Shown: piece after piece, positions 1 to 11,000 of the stretch
Position numbering within the stretch: the stretch's first letter is position 1
Layout of the letters: each line of letters opens with the position of its first letter
NCBI GenBank assembly: GCA_041695225.1
Contig: JBGFRI010000012.1
Location: forward strand, 1-45,997
Source: Deinococcota bacterium
GTDB lineage: Bacteria; Deinococcota; Deinococci; Deinococcales; Thermaceae
DNA length: 45,997 bases
Reading direction: 5' to 3'
Program-made: the position numbers and the translations under genes
Notes under the pieces: model-generated
Told to the model about the DNA's origin: nothing
The model's input: the letters and a program-made list of their open reading frames with translations, nothing else
The model's database searches: none

Positions 1-214
1 GCACCCCCCCCGCCTCCGCGAGTAGAGCACCTGGTGGCAACCTCCGCCGCACCCTCATCCTGAAACGCTGGTACAGACAGCATCGTGGCCTTCAGCCAGC
101 GCCAAACTGTCAAAGTTGGGCTAATCTAAGGCCCCGCTGGGAGCTCTCTCTTCCTGTGGTGGCGTCGCCTTAGTAGAAGCTTATGGCTCGTGTACTTTGC
201 CCTCTGTGCAGGTA

Positions 215-442
215 CTATCTCGCAATCGGCACGTCGGCCTGAAGTTTCATCTTGTCGTCAAGGGTCTCCACCTGAATAGAGAGGTTCTCCTGGTCTGGGA
301 AGTAGCGCTTCAGCACCGCCAACAAGTCCTGCTTGAGGTTTTCCACCATGCCCGGCGAAAGGTGAGCGCGGTCATAGGCCAGCACCATCTTTAGCCGGTC
401 TTTCAGGGTGTCCTTGCTTTTACGCTGCCAGAACCACATCAT
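215..442 (-). CDS. minE: Cell division topological specificity factor MinE
   Basis: 75 aa with the MinE motif LKDRLKMVLAYDRA; ATGA overlap with the minD stop. Confidence 0.95.
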   Translation of the reverse strand: MMWFWQRKSKDTLKDRLKMVLAYDRAHLSPGMVENLKQDLLAVLKRYFPDQENLSIQVETLDDKMKLQADVPIAR

Positions 443-1242
443 CTACCCCCAAAGAGCCTGCGCAGGGTCGCCAAAAAACCTGGAGAGTCGCCCAGGGGTG
501 CGAAAGGTACGTCCTGCCCAATAACTCGCTGGGCAATTTCCAAAAAGGCCTTGCCCGCAACAGAGCCATTTTTGAGCACCAGCGGCTCCCCCTGGTTGGT
601 AGAGATCAGCACCCCTTCATCCTCGGGCACAATTCCAATGGGCTTGACCCCCAGAATTTCCACTACATCCTGCACCGAGAGCATGTCGCCACGCTGCACC
701 ATCTTGGGGCGCAGACGATTGATCACCAGAAAGTTCTCCCGGATTTCACGGGCCTCCAGGATTCCAATAATTCTATCGGCGTCGCGCACCGAGGAGACCT
801 CGGGGTTGACAACAACCAGAGCACCTTCTGCGGGTGTGGCCGCTGTCTGGAAACCCCTCTCAATGCCAGCGGGCGAGTCAATCAGTACCCGGTCAAAGCC
901 CTCTTCTTCCAGCAGGGCCCCCACAATCTGGCGAAACTTTTCCGGGTCGAGCGATTCTTTATCTTTGGTCTGCGAGGCAGCCAGCAGAGCCAGCCCTTCG
1001 ATGCGTTTGTCTCGAATGAGAGCCTGACGCAGTTTGCAGCGCCCCTCTATGACGTCAATCAGGTCGTAGACCACCCGGCCTTCCAGTCCCATAACCACGT
1101 CCAGGTTACGCAGCCCCACATCCACGTCGATTACCACAACCTTTTCGCCCAGTCTGGCAAGTGCTGCTCCAACATTGGCGGTAGTGGTGGTCTTCCCTAC
1201 GCCACCTTTTCCCGAAGTTACCACAATCGCACGGGCATTCAC
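439..1242 (-). CDS. minD: Septum site-determining ATPase MinD
   Basis: Deviant Walker A SGKGGVGKTT, DVDVGLRNLD and IDSPAGIE. Start moved to the GTG at 1242 because GGAGGA lies just upstream. Confidence 0.96.
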   Translation of the reverse strand: MNARAIVVTSGKGGVGKTTTTANVGAALARLGEKVVVIDVDVGLRNLDVVMGLEGRVVYDLIDVIEGRCKLRQALIRDKRIEGLALLAASQTKDKESLDPEKFRQIVGALLEEEGFDRVLIDSPAGIERGFQTAATPAEGALVVVNPEVSSVRDADRIIGILEAREIRENFLVINRLRPKMVQRGDMLSVQDVVEILGVKPIGIVPEDEGVLISTNQGEPLVLKNGSVAGKAFLEIAQRVIGQDVPFAPLGDSPGFLATLRRLFGGR

Positions 1243-1654
1243 GCTCAATCCTCCAGGGGCTTCACACCACATGGTTTGGGCCAACTAAAAGCTGGAAATA
1301 GTATACGGGCAATCTGGCCGTGTGTCAGGCCGATGTCATACCGTATCAAGCAGCAGTCTGCAAAGGCCGTCCTGTTCGCTAAAGACTCGGTGTACAGTTT
1401 ACGCACACCGCGGTGAGCCATGATTCCATCAGTCCATTCGGGGGTAAGCGCCATGTGACGGGTCATACCAGGTTCACAAAGACAGTATTGCTTCTCATAA
1501 GCATTCGTCAGTGTGCCGGTGCTGAGCCCGTCTGAGAAAGAATCTGATGTTCTGCCCACTACGTAATCACCTGCATCACCTGCATAGCATATCAGACTCC
1601 TCGGCAGAGGCCGCCAAGGTATAAGTGCAGGAAGTACAATATTTCGTCAATGCG

Positions 1655-1950
1655 CCCCTTCGACTGCCCCTTGGGGCCGAGGCCCCTTCGACAGGCTCAG
1701 CGCAAGCTCTCAGGAGCGAAAGCTCAGAGCAAACCTGGGGGTGTAGTCTAAAGTGAAGCAGTCTAGACCCTCCCAGCGGCCGATGGGCCTAAGATCCTCT
1801 CCTGGATGTACTAATTCCCCATCCCTTCGACTGCCCCTTCGACGGGCTCCCTTCGCCAGGCTCAGGGCAGGCAGGGCAAGGCACAGGACAAGCCTCGGCA
1901 ACTCCGTCACCAGCTATGCTTCGTCGGCCTTAAGTCCCCCGCAATGTCCC
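1655..1950. repeat. Cluster of REP-like palindromic units
   Basis: Repeated CCCTTCGACTGCCCCTT and CTTCGACAGGCTCAG / CTTCGCCAGGCTCAG units, plus a GCTTCGTCGGCCT...GCAATG unit; relatives occur at 41.7-42.3 kb and 45.7 kb. Confidence 0.65.
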
Positions 1951-1959
1951 TACTCACCT

Positions 1960-2166
1960 TAGAGAGCGTTCTAGAAATCTCCTCTCCCCTGGTAGGAGAG
2001 GCTCGGTGAGGGGGGTGAGCGAGCGAACCATAGTGTCTTGGGCGTCATGCAACCCTCTCCCAAGCCTGGGAGAGGGGGCCTTAGTGCCGCCCTCTCAGCT
2101 ACGGTCCCGATTGACAATATCTCCTCAACAGTGTGGTTGGCCTGGTAATTTCTGAATGCCCTCTTA
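1960..2166. mobile_element. Putative MITE (non-autonomous element, ~205 bp)
   Basis: Imperfect terminal inverted repeats TAGAGAGCGTTCTAGAAAT ... ATTTCTGAATGCCCTCTTA with TA at both ends; internal CCTCTCCC...GGAGAGG hairpins; no ORF. Confidence 0.5.
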
Positions 2167-2399
2167 TGTCTAGCTGTTCGCGATTTCTTCGTTTATGTAA
2201 CCAGAGAGGGCCTGGGGCCTCCTGGCAATGAGAAGTGCTCTTTCAAGTATCTTGCCAGCAGCAATACTGCTTTTGCTAGGGCAGGTGGGGATCTGTATGG
2301 TTTGACAACACTTCTGCACGGCTCTCTGGTTTCGAACTCAACACCCTAGCCGCCACGGGGTTGCAGCATGGGCGCACTTTGTCACGAACTGCCTGAGTT

Positions 2400-3278
<879 letters not shown>

Positions 3279-3284
3279 CTATCT

Positions 3285-4049
3285 CTACTGGATAGCCGCG
3301 CCCACCGGGGGGATTTCCACTATTTCCCAGTCTAACCTGTCTTCATCAAGAATCAGTTCCAGGTACTGGCTCTGGTCTAGCGCATCAATTAAGGCGAGTG
3401 AGTCTTTGATCAGGATGCCATTTTTCATCACGGTGTGACCGTATACACCAAAGCGGTGGCCCATGCGCTCGACGTAGTCGGTGTTGTACAGCCACCATTC
3501 TTTGGCCTCGCGCCCGTTGTAGAACATTTCATCGTAGGTTTGCAGCCACGGCACCGGCCCCACATGGGCAAAATTGACCCCATACAGATTAATCTGGGTC
3601 GGAAAAGTTTGAAACCAGTTTTTCAAATCTTCGGGAAACTCCACACCGCCAAGCTGGGGGTGAAACTCGTTGTGCTCGAGGTGGGCGTTTCCCAGCACCA
3701 GATCACCGGTGATGACTGCATGGTCGTGGTTGCCCAGCAGAATGGTGATGTGCTCGGGGGCGGCCTCCTGGAAGTGTTTGATGCGCACTAGCTCCCGAAT
3801 CTGTGCCCTGGCTGCCATCCGCAGATGGTCGGGATTGGTGGGATCGTAGTCTTCCAGACCGGTCAGGCGGCGGTAGTCGGCCAACAGCTTGGGATGCACC
3901 AGGTCGCCCATCAAAACCACCCGGTAGGTCCCGCGTCTGAGGGGGTCGGAGGGTAGCCAGTCCTCCCCCACAGCAAATGAATTCTTCAAAGCCCGCCAAA
4001 GCTTGGGAAACTCGGCGTGCAAGTCTCCGATGGCAATAACCTTGATCAC
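3285..4049 (-). CDS. Calcineurin-like metallophosphoesterase
   Basis: GDLH, GDLV, GNHD and GHT motifs in canonical order. Confidence 0.9.
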   Translation of the reverse strand: MIKVIAIGDLHAEFPKLWRALKNSFAVGEDWLPSDPLRRGTYRVVLMGDLVHPKLLADYRRLTGLEDYDPTNPDHLRMAARAQIRELVRIKHFQEAAPEHITILLGNHDHAVITGDLVLGNAHLEHNEFHPQLGGVEFPEDLKNWFQTFPTQINLYGVNFAHVGPVPWLQTYDEMFYNGREAKEWWLYNTDYVERMGHRFGVYGHTVMKNGILIKDSLALIDALDQSQYLELILDEDRLDWEIVEIPPVGAAIQ

Positions 4050-4062
4050 AGGTGTCCTTTGC

Positions 4063-4746
4063 TCATGAAGCTTGCCCTTTTAGCAAAGCCCGCAGTTCGC
4101 CGTAAAGTTTACGCGTTTCATCGGGATGTTTGCCATACCCCCCGTACTTCGTCACAATCTGAGCCGTCTGCTTGCCCAAGCCTGCCTCTTTGAGGCGTTC
4201 GATCAGGCGATCTATGAGTTCCTGGGGTTCGGGTTTGGCTTCGGTTGCTGGGCGGAGACTTTCTGCGCGGGCTTCGGGTGGTGGCGCCTTAGCCTCAGAG
4301 GCCAGGCCTTTAAACTCGGTAGCGGCGGTACCCACTATGGGAATGCTAACGTTACCGGTGTCTGGGTCGTGATCAACCCACTGCTTGTCCAGGCGGTACA
4401 GGAAGCGCCCCAGACCAAACTTTACCGCAGCCCGCTTTAGCGCCTCGGAAAAGGCAGCCCTTAGGCTATCCCCTTCACCCACGTCTTCCTTGGAAATGCC
4501 CATCACGGTGAGCCTGCACTTTACCGCATAGTTACCGGGTGCTTCAGCTGTGGGCGTCTGAAGCAACTCGTAGCTATCCTGCCAGCCCTGTATGCCCACG
4601 GCCTCATCCAGCCGATCCAGCACTGCCCTGTAGGTCACATGTGGCGCCAGCAGAGCCCGCTTCTTGTCCTCGGACAACGCTTCCACACACCACTGCAGCT
4701 CCTCTGGTGGGAAAGGATCACCCAGCATATCCCAGACATCGTTCAT
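4063..4746 (-). CDS. Rad52/Rad22-family ssDNA-annealing protein (DdrA-like)
   Basis: PFPPEELQW, VLDRLDEAVG..GWQ, KEDVG and ALKRAAVKFGLGRFLY are typical of bacterial Rad52/22-family proteins. Confidence 0.85.
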   Translation of the reverse strand: MNDVWDMLGDPFPPEELQWCVEALSEDKKRALLAPHVTYRAVLDRLDEAVGIQGWQDSYELLQTPTAEAPGNYAVKCRLTVMGISKEDVGEGDSLRAAFSEALKRAAVKFGLGRFLYRLDKQWVDHDPDTGNVSIPIVGTAATEFKGLASEAKAPPPEARAESLRPATEAKPEPQELIDRLIERLKEAGLGKQTAQIVTKYGGYGKHPDETRKLYGELRALLKGQAS

Positions 4747-4901
4747 TGGGCTTTATTCTAGCAGCCTGGCCGCTCGCCGCCCTGGCCCTAGTTCGACCTG
4801 AATGGTCTAAAACCCGCCAGACTTGCGGGGGTGTGTATTGCGAATTACGAGCGAGGAAGGCTAGACACCAGCAACATACCCCGCTAGACTAACAGACGCT
4901 T

Positions 4902-4977
4902 GGGGCCGTGGCGCAGCTGGGAGCGCGCTTGAATCGCACTCAAGAGGTCGAGGGTTCGAATCCCTTCGGCTCCACCA
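4902..4977 (+). tRNA. tRNA-Ala (anticodon CGC)
   Basis: 76-nt cloverleaf GGGGCCG...CGGCTCCACCA; G3-U70 Ala identity pair; anticodon arm CTTGA-ATCGCAC-TCAAG; GTTCGAATC T-loop; encoded CCA. Confidence 0.97.
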
Positions 4978-5043
4978 AGTTTAACTGTCAACTCCTGCGA
5001 ATCCATACCAGGAATTTGTCATCGTTATGATGCCGAGGCAGGT

Positions 5044-6090
5044 CTAGCCTGCCCAGACCCCCCAGACTGCTCCCCCCAGGCCGAACAAGCCAAGCACTCT
5101 TAAGGGGGAAAGCCTGCGCAGCAGCAGTACCAGGGCCAGGAAGACAATAAGAAGCTCGGCCCACCCCACCAGCGTATCGCGCCCCAGGTTCCACAAAGCC
5201 CAGGCAATTAGCCCCAGTGCAGCCGCCGAGGCGCCCAACAGAAAGGCTTCCGCCAGGGGATGTCCCTGCAGGCGGCGCAAAAGGCCGGCAATGAGGAAGG
5301 TAAACACGAAGGAAGGCAGAAAAATTCCAACGGTTGAAACCACCGCACCAGGTATTCCTGCTGCCAGGTAGCCCGCAGCAGTCGCTGTGGTAAGCAAGGG
5401 GCCAGGGGTAATCTGGCCCAGGGCTAAAGCGTCCAGAAGCTCACTCGAGCTCAGCCAGCCCTGGTCTACCATCCCCTGCATCAGCCCGATCAGAGCATAT
5501 CCCGAGCCAAACAGGGTCGAACCAACCAGCAAAAAGAACCAGAACAGGCTGATGGGCTCCACGCTAAACACCCTAGCAGTCTTGCTGAGCATGACTAACA
5601 GGCCCACGAGCAGCACCACTGCCCATTCCACCAGGCCCAGCCCGGCCAGAGTCAGACCGGCCAGGGCCAGAACCCAGGTCAGCGGCTGCTTTTTAGGATG
5701 AGGGAGGAGGTCCCACAAGGCCTGGGCAATCAGGGCTACCACGGCTAGCTTGAAACCCAGAAAAGCGCCCTGCACCACGGGAAGCGCGGCGAACTCGCGG
5801 TAGAGGGCTACCAGTGCCAGCGTAACCAGCGCAGCAGGCACAATGAAACCCAGACCGGCAAACAACAAACCCCACGACCCGCCCCTGGCATGGCCCAGCA
5901 GCATGGCTGTTTCGGTCGAGTTGGGGCCAGGAATCAGGTTGACGGCGGCCAGCATTTTCAGGTACTGCTCCTTGCTCACCCACTTGCCCTCGCCGACCAG
6001 CAAGCGCTGGAATATGGCGAAATGGGCCGCTGGGCCTCCAAAAGCGGTCAGTCCCAGCCAGGCAAAGGTTCTGAGGATGGCCCAGGGCAT
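5044..6090 (-). CDS. chrA: Chromate efflux transporter (ChrA family)
   Basis: Two homologous halves with AFGGP / LIPGPNS and FGSGY / QITPGP motifs; multi-pass hydrophobic. Confidence 0.9.
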   Translation of the reverse strand: MPWAILRTFAWLGLTAFGGPAAHFAIFQRLLVGEGKWVSKEQYLKMLAAVNLIPGPNSTETAMLLGHARGGSWGLLFAGLGFIVPAALVTLALVALYREFAALPVVQGAFLGFKLAVVALIAQALWDLLPHPKKQPLTWVLALAGLTLAGLGLVEWAVVLLVGLLVMLSKTARVFSVEPISLFWFFLLVGSTLFGSGYALIGLMQGMVDQGWLSSSELLDALALGQITPGPLLTTATAAGYLAAGIPGAVVSTVGIFLPSFVFTFLIAGLLRRLQGHPLAEAFLLGASAAALGLIAWALWNLGRDTLVGWAELLIVFLALVLLLRRLSPLRVLGLFGLGGAVWGVWAG

Positions 6091-6351
6091 TAGTCCAAGT
6101 GTATAGCCTTATGTCAGGTCGGTGTCTTGTCTAAAGACGTACAGGGCGAGATTAACCGCAGGGTATGGTGCTTGGTGCGATGGGTTCGAACGTGGGGAAA
6201 GCAATTATAGAGAAAGGGCTGTGCACCAGTAGAGCGTCCTTCGTCTTTAGGTAAGGCTGGCGTCTGGATCGCAAAGGAGACAGCTCCGTGCACCCCGGGT
6301 CTCTGAGGAGCTGTTTAGGAGGTCAGGATTCGGCTAACAGGTCTGCATGAA

Positions 6352-6414
6352 ATGTCACAAGTCGAAGGTCGAAGGTCAAAAGCTATCGGCTATCAGCTAT
6401 TAGCTATGGGCTAA
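6352..6414. repeat. Composite heptamer-repeat element
   Basis: ATGTC-ACAAGTC-GAAGGTC-GAAGGTC-AAAA-GCTATCG-GCTATCA-GCTATTA-GCTATGG-GCTAA; reverse complement of the module at 11.05 and 12.06 kb. Confidence 0.75.
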
Positions 6415-6465
6415 AGGTAGAGGTGGCCTTGTTTGTTGCCGCGTCGGGCATGCTACACTGACCTT

Positions 6466-6687
6466 ATGGTGGTGCTACCCAACGACCTAAGTAAGAAAAT
6501 TGCAGCCTTTAAACGGGCCAGGGGGCGCAACTGGGCCAAAGAGCTCGAGAAAATGCTGGATAAAGCTGTCCAGCTATCTGCCTGGGATGCCGAAGTGCGC
6601 AAGCCTGGGCCTAAAGCCAGCCAGATTAGCGAAAAAGAGGCTATCAAAATGGCAGTAGATGCCGTGCGCACGGCCCGCAAAAAATGA
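6466..6687 (+). CDS. Putative antitoxin, small protein upstream of PIN toxin
   Basis: 73 aa; leaderless start (TGcTACACT, 6 nt, ATG); ATGA overlap with the PIN gene. Confidence 0.7.
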   Translation: MVVLPNDLSKKIAAFKRARGRNWAKELEKMLDKAVQLSAWDAEVRKPGPKASQISEKEAIKMAVDAVRTARKK

Positions 6688-7097
6688 TGCGGGTAGTTTT
6701 CGACACCAACATCTACATTGCCACCCTCGTTACTCCTACATCCAGCGTGGCCCGTGTGTACTGGGCCTGGCGAGAAGGGCGGTTCACCCTGCTCACCTCT
6801 ATAACCCAACTTGCCGAGTTGCGCCGGGTGAGCCGGTATGCCAAGTTCAACAGCATCATCCGGTCTGCACAAACCGGGGCCATGATCAATACTCTGAAAG
6901 CGAGGGCTGAGTTTATTGCGCATGGCACACCTAACACCCTTTCGGCAGACCCCGACGATGACCTGATACTGGCAATAGCCGCTAAGGGCAAGGCAAACTA
7001 TCTGGTGAGCCTGGACGCAGAGCATATGCTATCCCTCAAAAAGATCGACAACACTCGCATCATCCGGCCCGCACAACTGGTAAAGCTCTTGCGATAA
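6684..7097 (+). CDS. PIN-domain toxin (TIGR00305-like putative TA toxin)
   Basis: RVVFDTNI at the N-terminus, ELRRV, DPDDDLILAIA...ANYLVSLD. Confidence 0.9.
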   Translation: MMRVVFDTNIYIATLVTPTSSVARVYWAWREGRFTLLTSITQLAELRRVSRYAKFNSIIRSAQTGAMINTLKARAEFIAHGTPNTLSADPDDDLILAIAAKGKANYLVSLDAEHMLSLKKIDNTRIIRPAQLVKLLR

Positions 7098-7749
7098 TGC
7101 GACCCGCTCACCTGCTGGCCGCCACACACCCAGGCCACCTCATACACCCGGTCATACTCCCCCCAGCGGGCTCGGGCCATACGCCGGGTAGTCGGGGTAA
7201 GTATCACATAACAGGCTACACCCGTTTGAGTATGATCTCATCGCTGTGCACCAACCGCCCGGGCTCGAGCTACCCCTGAGTCCTACACACCACCACCTCC
7301 CCATGTAAGGAAATTGTGGCTCATGCCGTCGCCCTGAACCCGCACGGCGAACAGCTCGGCTTCCGGCCTGCCCCGCAGCTGATTTTGGTTAACCTGCCTC
7401 CCGACCCCGGAAACATCTAGGGCTGCGATCTGCCTGGTGTCACTCTAAAGTTGCGTGATCTGGCCTGGTATGGATAAACAGATCGTTGATTCCCATCTAT
7501 TGGCAAAACCCTGGCCCCAGCCGAGCGAACCCGTCAGTCGGTTACTCACCAGATCACACCCCGCTGCTGCGTTTCTCAAAGCCCACCTCCCAGTCCCCCC
7601 GCTGTATCGGGACATTTGGAGTTGGGCGCCTCGAGCAGGCTTTGCAGGATAAGCGAGCCCGCCTGATTTAAACCCAGAGAAATTGAGCGGCGTCTAGGCG
7701 CTTTCTAAACTTGCCCAGGTAAAATGTTAGCTACTCCTTGCAAGGAGAG

Positions 7750-9300
7750 TTACGAGGGCTGGTACTCGCCCCACTCCTGGCGCAGTACCCCGCAAACTTC
7801 GCCCAGGGTGGCCCGACGGCGGAAGCAGTCCAGCAAGTAAACCATCAGATTCTCCTGGCCTCTGGCAGCTTGTTGCAGGGCTTGCAGGGCATTTCCTGCC
7901 GACTGCCCATCCCGACTGGCCCGGAAGGTCTGGATCTGGGCTCTGCGACGGATGCCCAGTTCTTCACTGATTTTTTGTACCGGGGTATGTTCGTTGAGGG
8001 GGGAGTCCGGGTTGTTGAACTGATTGACCCCGACAATAACCCGCTTACCACTCTCTACCTGACGCTGAAAGTTCCAGGCTGACTCTTCAATCTCCTGCTG
8101 GAAAAAGCCAGCCTCTACCGCCGCAACAGCCCCTCCCAAGCTGGCAATCTGGTCCAGGTACCTCCGGGCCTGGGCCTCGAGCAGGTCGGTCAGGTGCTCC
8201 ACATAAAAGCTGCCGCCCAGCGGGTCTACGGCCTGGGTCACACCGGCCTCGCAGGCCAAAATCTGCTGGGTTCGCAGGGCCAGCAGGGCGCTCTTTTCGG
8301 TGGGCAGGCCCAGCGCCTCGTCGTAGGCGTTGGTGTGCAGGCTCTGGGTTCCTCCCAGCACCGCCGCCAGAGCCTGATAGGCGGTGCGCACCACGTTGCC
8401 CAGAGGCTCCTGGGCAGTAAGGGTAGAACCGCCAGTCTGGGTGTGGAAGCGCAGCATCCAGCTCCTGGGGTCGCGGGCGTGAAACTGCTGGCGCATGATC
8501 TGGGCCCACATACGGCGGGCCGCACGAAATTTGGCAGCTTCTTCCAGAATATCGTTGTGGGAGGCAAAGAAGAAAGAAAGCCGGGGCGCAAAAGCGTCTA
8601 CATCTAGACCGGCCTGGGTAGCCGCCTGAACGTAGGCTATGCCGTTGGCCAGGGTGAAGGCAATCTCCTGCGCTGCTGTAGAGCCCGCCTCGCGCATGTG
8701 GTAGCCCGAGACGCTAATGGTGTTCCATCTGGGTATTTTCTCAGCGCAGAAAGCAAATACATCGGTGATCAGCCGCATGGATGGGCCGGGTGGGAAAATA
8801 TAGGTGCCGCGGGCGATGTATTCCTTCAGAATGTCGTTCTGGATGGTGCCGCCTACCTTCTCCCAGCTTACTCCTTGCTCTTCGGCTACCAGCAAATACA
8901 GCGACAAAAGCATGTTGGCCGGGGCATTGATGGTCATGCTGGTCGTAACCTGGTCTAGCGGAATTCCTTCCAGCAGGGTTCGCATATCCTCGAGGGAAGC
9001 AATCGAGACTCCAACTTTGCCCACCTCGCCCAGGCTCAGGGGGTGGTCGGGATCCAGGCCAAGCTGGGTAGGCAGGTCAAAAGCTACCGAGAGCCCGGTC
9101 TGGCCCTGCGAGAGCAGGTAACGGTAACGGGTGTTGGATTCTTCCGCACTGCTAAAGCCTGCGTACTGCCGCATGGTCCAGAGGCGGTCGGTGTACATTT
9201 TCGGGTAGATACCCCGCGTGAAAGGATACTGCCCGGGCCGCCCCAGGCGTTCCCGGTATCCCTCGGGCAGTGACTCAAACAGTGTCTCGGTAACAGGCAT
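7750..9300 (-). CDS. Methylmalonyl-CoA mutase, N-terminal (substrate-binding) subunit
   Basis: [36 protein letters not shown] and [10 protein letters not shown]; no B12-binding DxHxxG domain; AGGAGG RBS. Confidence 0.93.
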   Translation of the reverse strand: MPVTETLFESLPEGYRERLGRPGQYPFTRGIYPKMYTDRLWTMRQYAGFSSAEESNTRYRYLLSQGQTGLSVAFDLPTQLGLDPDHPLSLGEVGKVGVSIASLEDMRTLLEGIPLDQVTTSMTINAPANMLLSLYLLVAEEQGVSWEKVGGTIQNDILKEYIARGTYIFPPGPSMRLITDVFAFCAEKIPRWNTISVSGYHMREAGSTAAQEIAFTLANGIAYVQAATQAGLDVDAFAPRLSFFFASHNDILEEAAKFRAARRMWAQIMRQQFHARDPRSWMLRFHTQTGGSTLTAQEPLGNVVRTAYQALAAVLGGTQSLHTNAYDEALGLPTEKSALLALRTQQILACEAGVTQAVDPLGGSFYVEHLTDLLEAQARRYLDQIASLGGAVAAVEAGFFQQEIEESAWNFQRQVESGKRVIVGVNQFNNPDSPLNEHTPVQKISEELGIRRRAQIQTFRASRDGQSAGNALQALQQAARGQENLMVYLLDCFRRRATLGEVCGVLRQEWGEYQPS

Positions 9301-9397
9301 CGCCTTCCTCCTTCAATATTGTATTCAAGCATCGGCAGGCGATATAAAGTCGCTCTGTACCGCGCTGAGATGCAGTGCGGCGCGGACCCCGGCCAGG

Positions 9398-9562
9398 TCA
9401 AAAAACCAGATAAAACAATAGGAAGACCACCACCGTTACGCCAATAACTATTAAAAGTGGGGGAAGTAGAAGTGAGTAGGATGCGATTACCAGCGCAACA
9501 AAGTCCTTCCAGTCTGCCTTTATTTCTTCCTGGTCTGATTCTGGTCTTCTGGGGCCCGGCAT
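9398..9562 (-). CDS. Small membrane protein, 54 aa (not in ORF track)
   Basis: MPGPRRPESDQEEIKADWKDFVALVIASYSLLLPPLLIVIGVTVVVFLLFYLVF; TACAAT lies 6 nt upstream of the ATG (leaderless). Confidence 0.75.
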   Translation of the reverse strand: MPGPRRPESDQEEIKADWKDFVALVIASYSLLLPPLLIVIGVTVVVFLLFYLVF

Positions 9563-9837
9563 ATATTGATTGTACTGCCAGAACTGGCCCCGTCTGGCCT
9601 CTATACTTAGCTCTCTTTGAGCACTCGAGTTGAGAAGTGTACGGGCTTAAGCAAGAAAAGGAAGTTTCGTGGTCGGCGGCACTTTCAAGGATCGCTATGA
9701 CGCAATATCAACATTCTGCCGTCAGCCTGAGCCAAGCATCTGGCGGCTGAGAATGAGAAGGATACCTCGCCCAACTAAACTCTCCCAATCCATCTTTGGA
9801 CAAGCGGGCGAGCAAGCGAGCCAGGGGATCATTTGGT

Positions 9838-10923
9838 TCAGGCAGGCTCGAGCTCTCTGGCGGGGGCTTCTGCCCAGCGGGGAGGGGTATAGGCGCAGCG
9901 CGGCTCTTCGGCCAGGTAGTCGCCGCTCTCGGCCCAGGCCCGCGCCCGGCTGCCGCCGCAGATCTGGCGGTACTCACAGACCCCGCACTTGCCTTTTAGC
10001 AGGGTCTTGTCGCGCAGCTCGCGGAACATCAGGTGGTCGCGGTAGATGGATAACAAGGGCTGCTGCCGGATGTTCCCCCCTGTAACCGGCAGAAACCCCG
10101 AGGGGCAGACCTCGCCGGTAGACGAGACAAACACAAAGCCGTTGCCGTCCGAAAGGTGCACCCCCCGGCCATGGCCCACCAGGGCGCCATCCTCGTCGCC
10201 CTCGAGGCGGCGCTTTTGCAGGACCACCCGGCGGAACTGCGGCCCCTCGGTGGTGCGAATTTTGAACTGGTAACGGCGGCTGCACTGGTACAAAAACCCC
10301 ATTACCTCTTCGTACCCCTCTGCGGTTAGCTGCTGGAGCAAGGCGCCCCTGCCCACGGGAACCAAGAAGAAAACCTCCCAGGTAGCCACCCCTTTATGGT
10401 GCAGGATCTCGGCCAGGGCAGGCAGCTCGGGCGCGGTATGACGGGTTACGGTGGTGTTGATCTGGGTCAGCAGGCCCAGCTCGCGAGCCCAGTCCAGGGC
10501 CTGCATGGCCAGGTCAAAAGTGCCCGGCACACCGCGGAAGGTGTCGTGGCTTTCGGGGCTGGCCCCATCCAGCGAGAGGGCCATCTGGTGCACGTTAAGT
10601 TCTTTGAATTGCTGCACAACCTCTCTGGTAAGCCGGGGAGTGACCGCCGGGGTAATGCCCACGGTGATTCCCAGCCGCCTGGCTTCCTTTAGCAGAACAA
10701 AAACATCGGGGCGGGAGAGGGGGTCGCCGCCAGTGGGCAGCAGGATGGGCTTGGGGGTATAGCCGGCCAGCTCTTGCAGCAGGGCCAGCCCCTCCTGGGT
10801 CGAGAGCTCGCCAGGCAGTGGCTCGGGCTGGGCCGAGGCCCGGCAGTGCCGGCAGGCCAGCATACAGGCCTGGGTCAGCTCCCAGGCCACCAGCAGGGGA
10901 AAGCGGTTGAAATCCGGGCGCAT
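9838..10923 (-). CDS. Radical SAM/SPASM protein (TIGR04053 / AhbD-NirJ-like)
   Basis: CMLACRHC (CxxxCxxC), TGGDP, SLDG and C-terminal KGKCGVCEYRQICGGSRARA...PRC SPASM cysteines. Confidence 0.9.
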   Translation of the reverse strand: MRPDFNRFPLLVAWELTQACMLACRHCRASAQPEPLPGELSTQEGLALLQELAGYTPKPILLPTGGDPLSRPDVFVLLKEARRLGITVGITPAVTPRLTREVVQQFKELNVHQMALSLDGASPESHDTFRGVPGTFDLAMQALDWARELGLLTQINTTVTRHTAPELPALAEILHHKGVATWEVFFLVPVGRGALLQQLTAEGYEEVMGFLYQCSRRYQFKIRTTEGPQFRRVVLQKRRLEGDEDGALVGHGRGVHLSDGNGFVFVSSTGEVCPSGFLPVTGGNIRQQPLLSIYRDHLMFRELRDKTLLKGKCGVCEYRQICGGSRARAWAESGDYLAEEPRCAYTPPRWAEAPARELEPA

Positions 10924-11000
10924 GGGCTAAAAAATGCCACATTCCCGCTAGACAAATGTCCTGTATTGCCCCTAGGCTGGCCTGGCGGGAGAGGGGACTA

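Noticed and set aside
1..200. Possible 5' end of a minus-strand gene cut by the window edge
   Set aside because: Candidate ATGs give short GC-rich translations with no recognisable motif, so it cannot be called
1245..1620. 104-aa minus-strand ORF and an ATCACCTGC tandem duplication upstream of minD
   Set aside because: No in-frame start with an RBS, atypical codon use and no family motif; at most a decayed fragment
4750..4900. Deinococcus-type RDRM radiation-response motif upstream of the DdrA-like gene
   Set aside because: No convincing 17-bp RDRM-like palindrome seen
4902..7700. tRNA-Ala as an integration site for an island
   Set aside because: No duplicated tRNA 3' end and no integrase found in the window
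9300..9837. Cobalamin riboswitch upstream of methylmalonyl-CoA mutase
   Set aside because: No B12-box or other conserved riboswitch motifs; the space is partly explained by the 54-aa sORF
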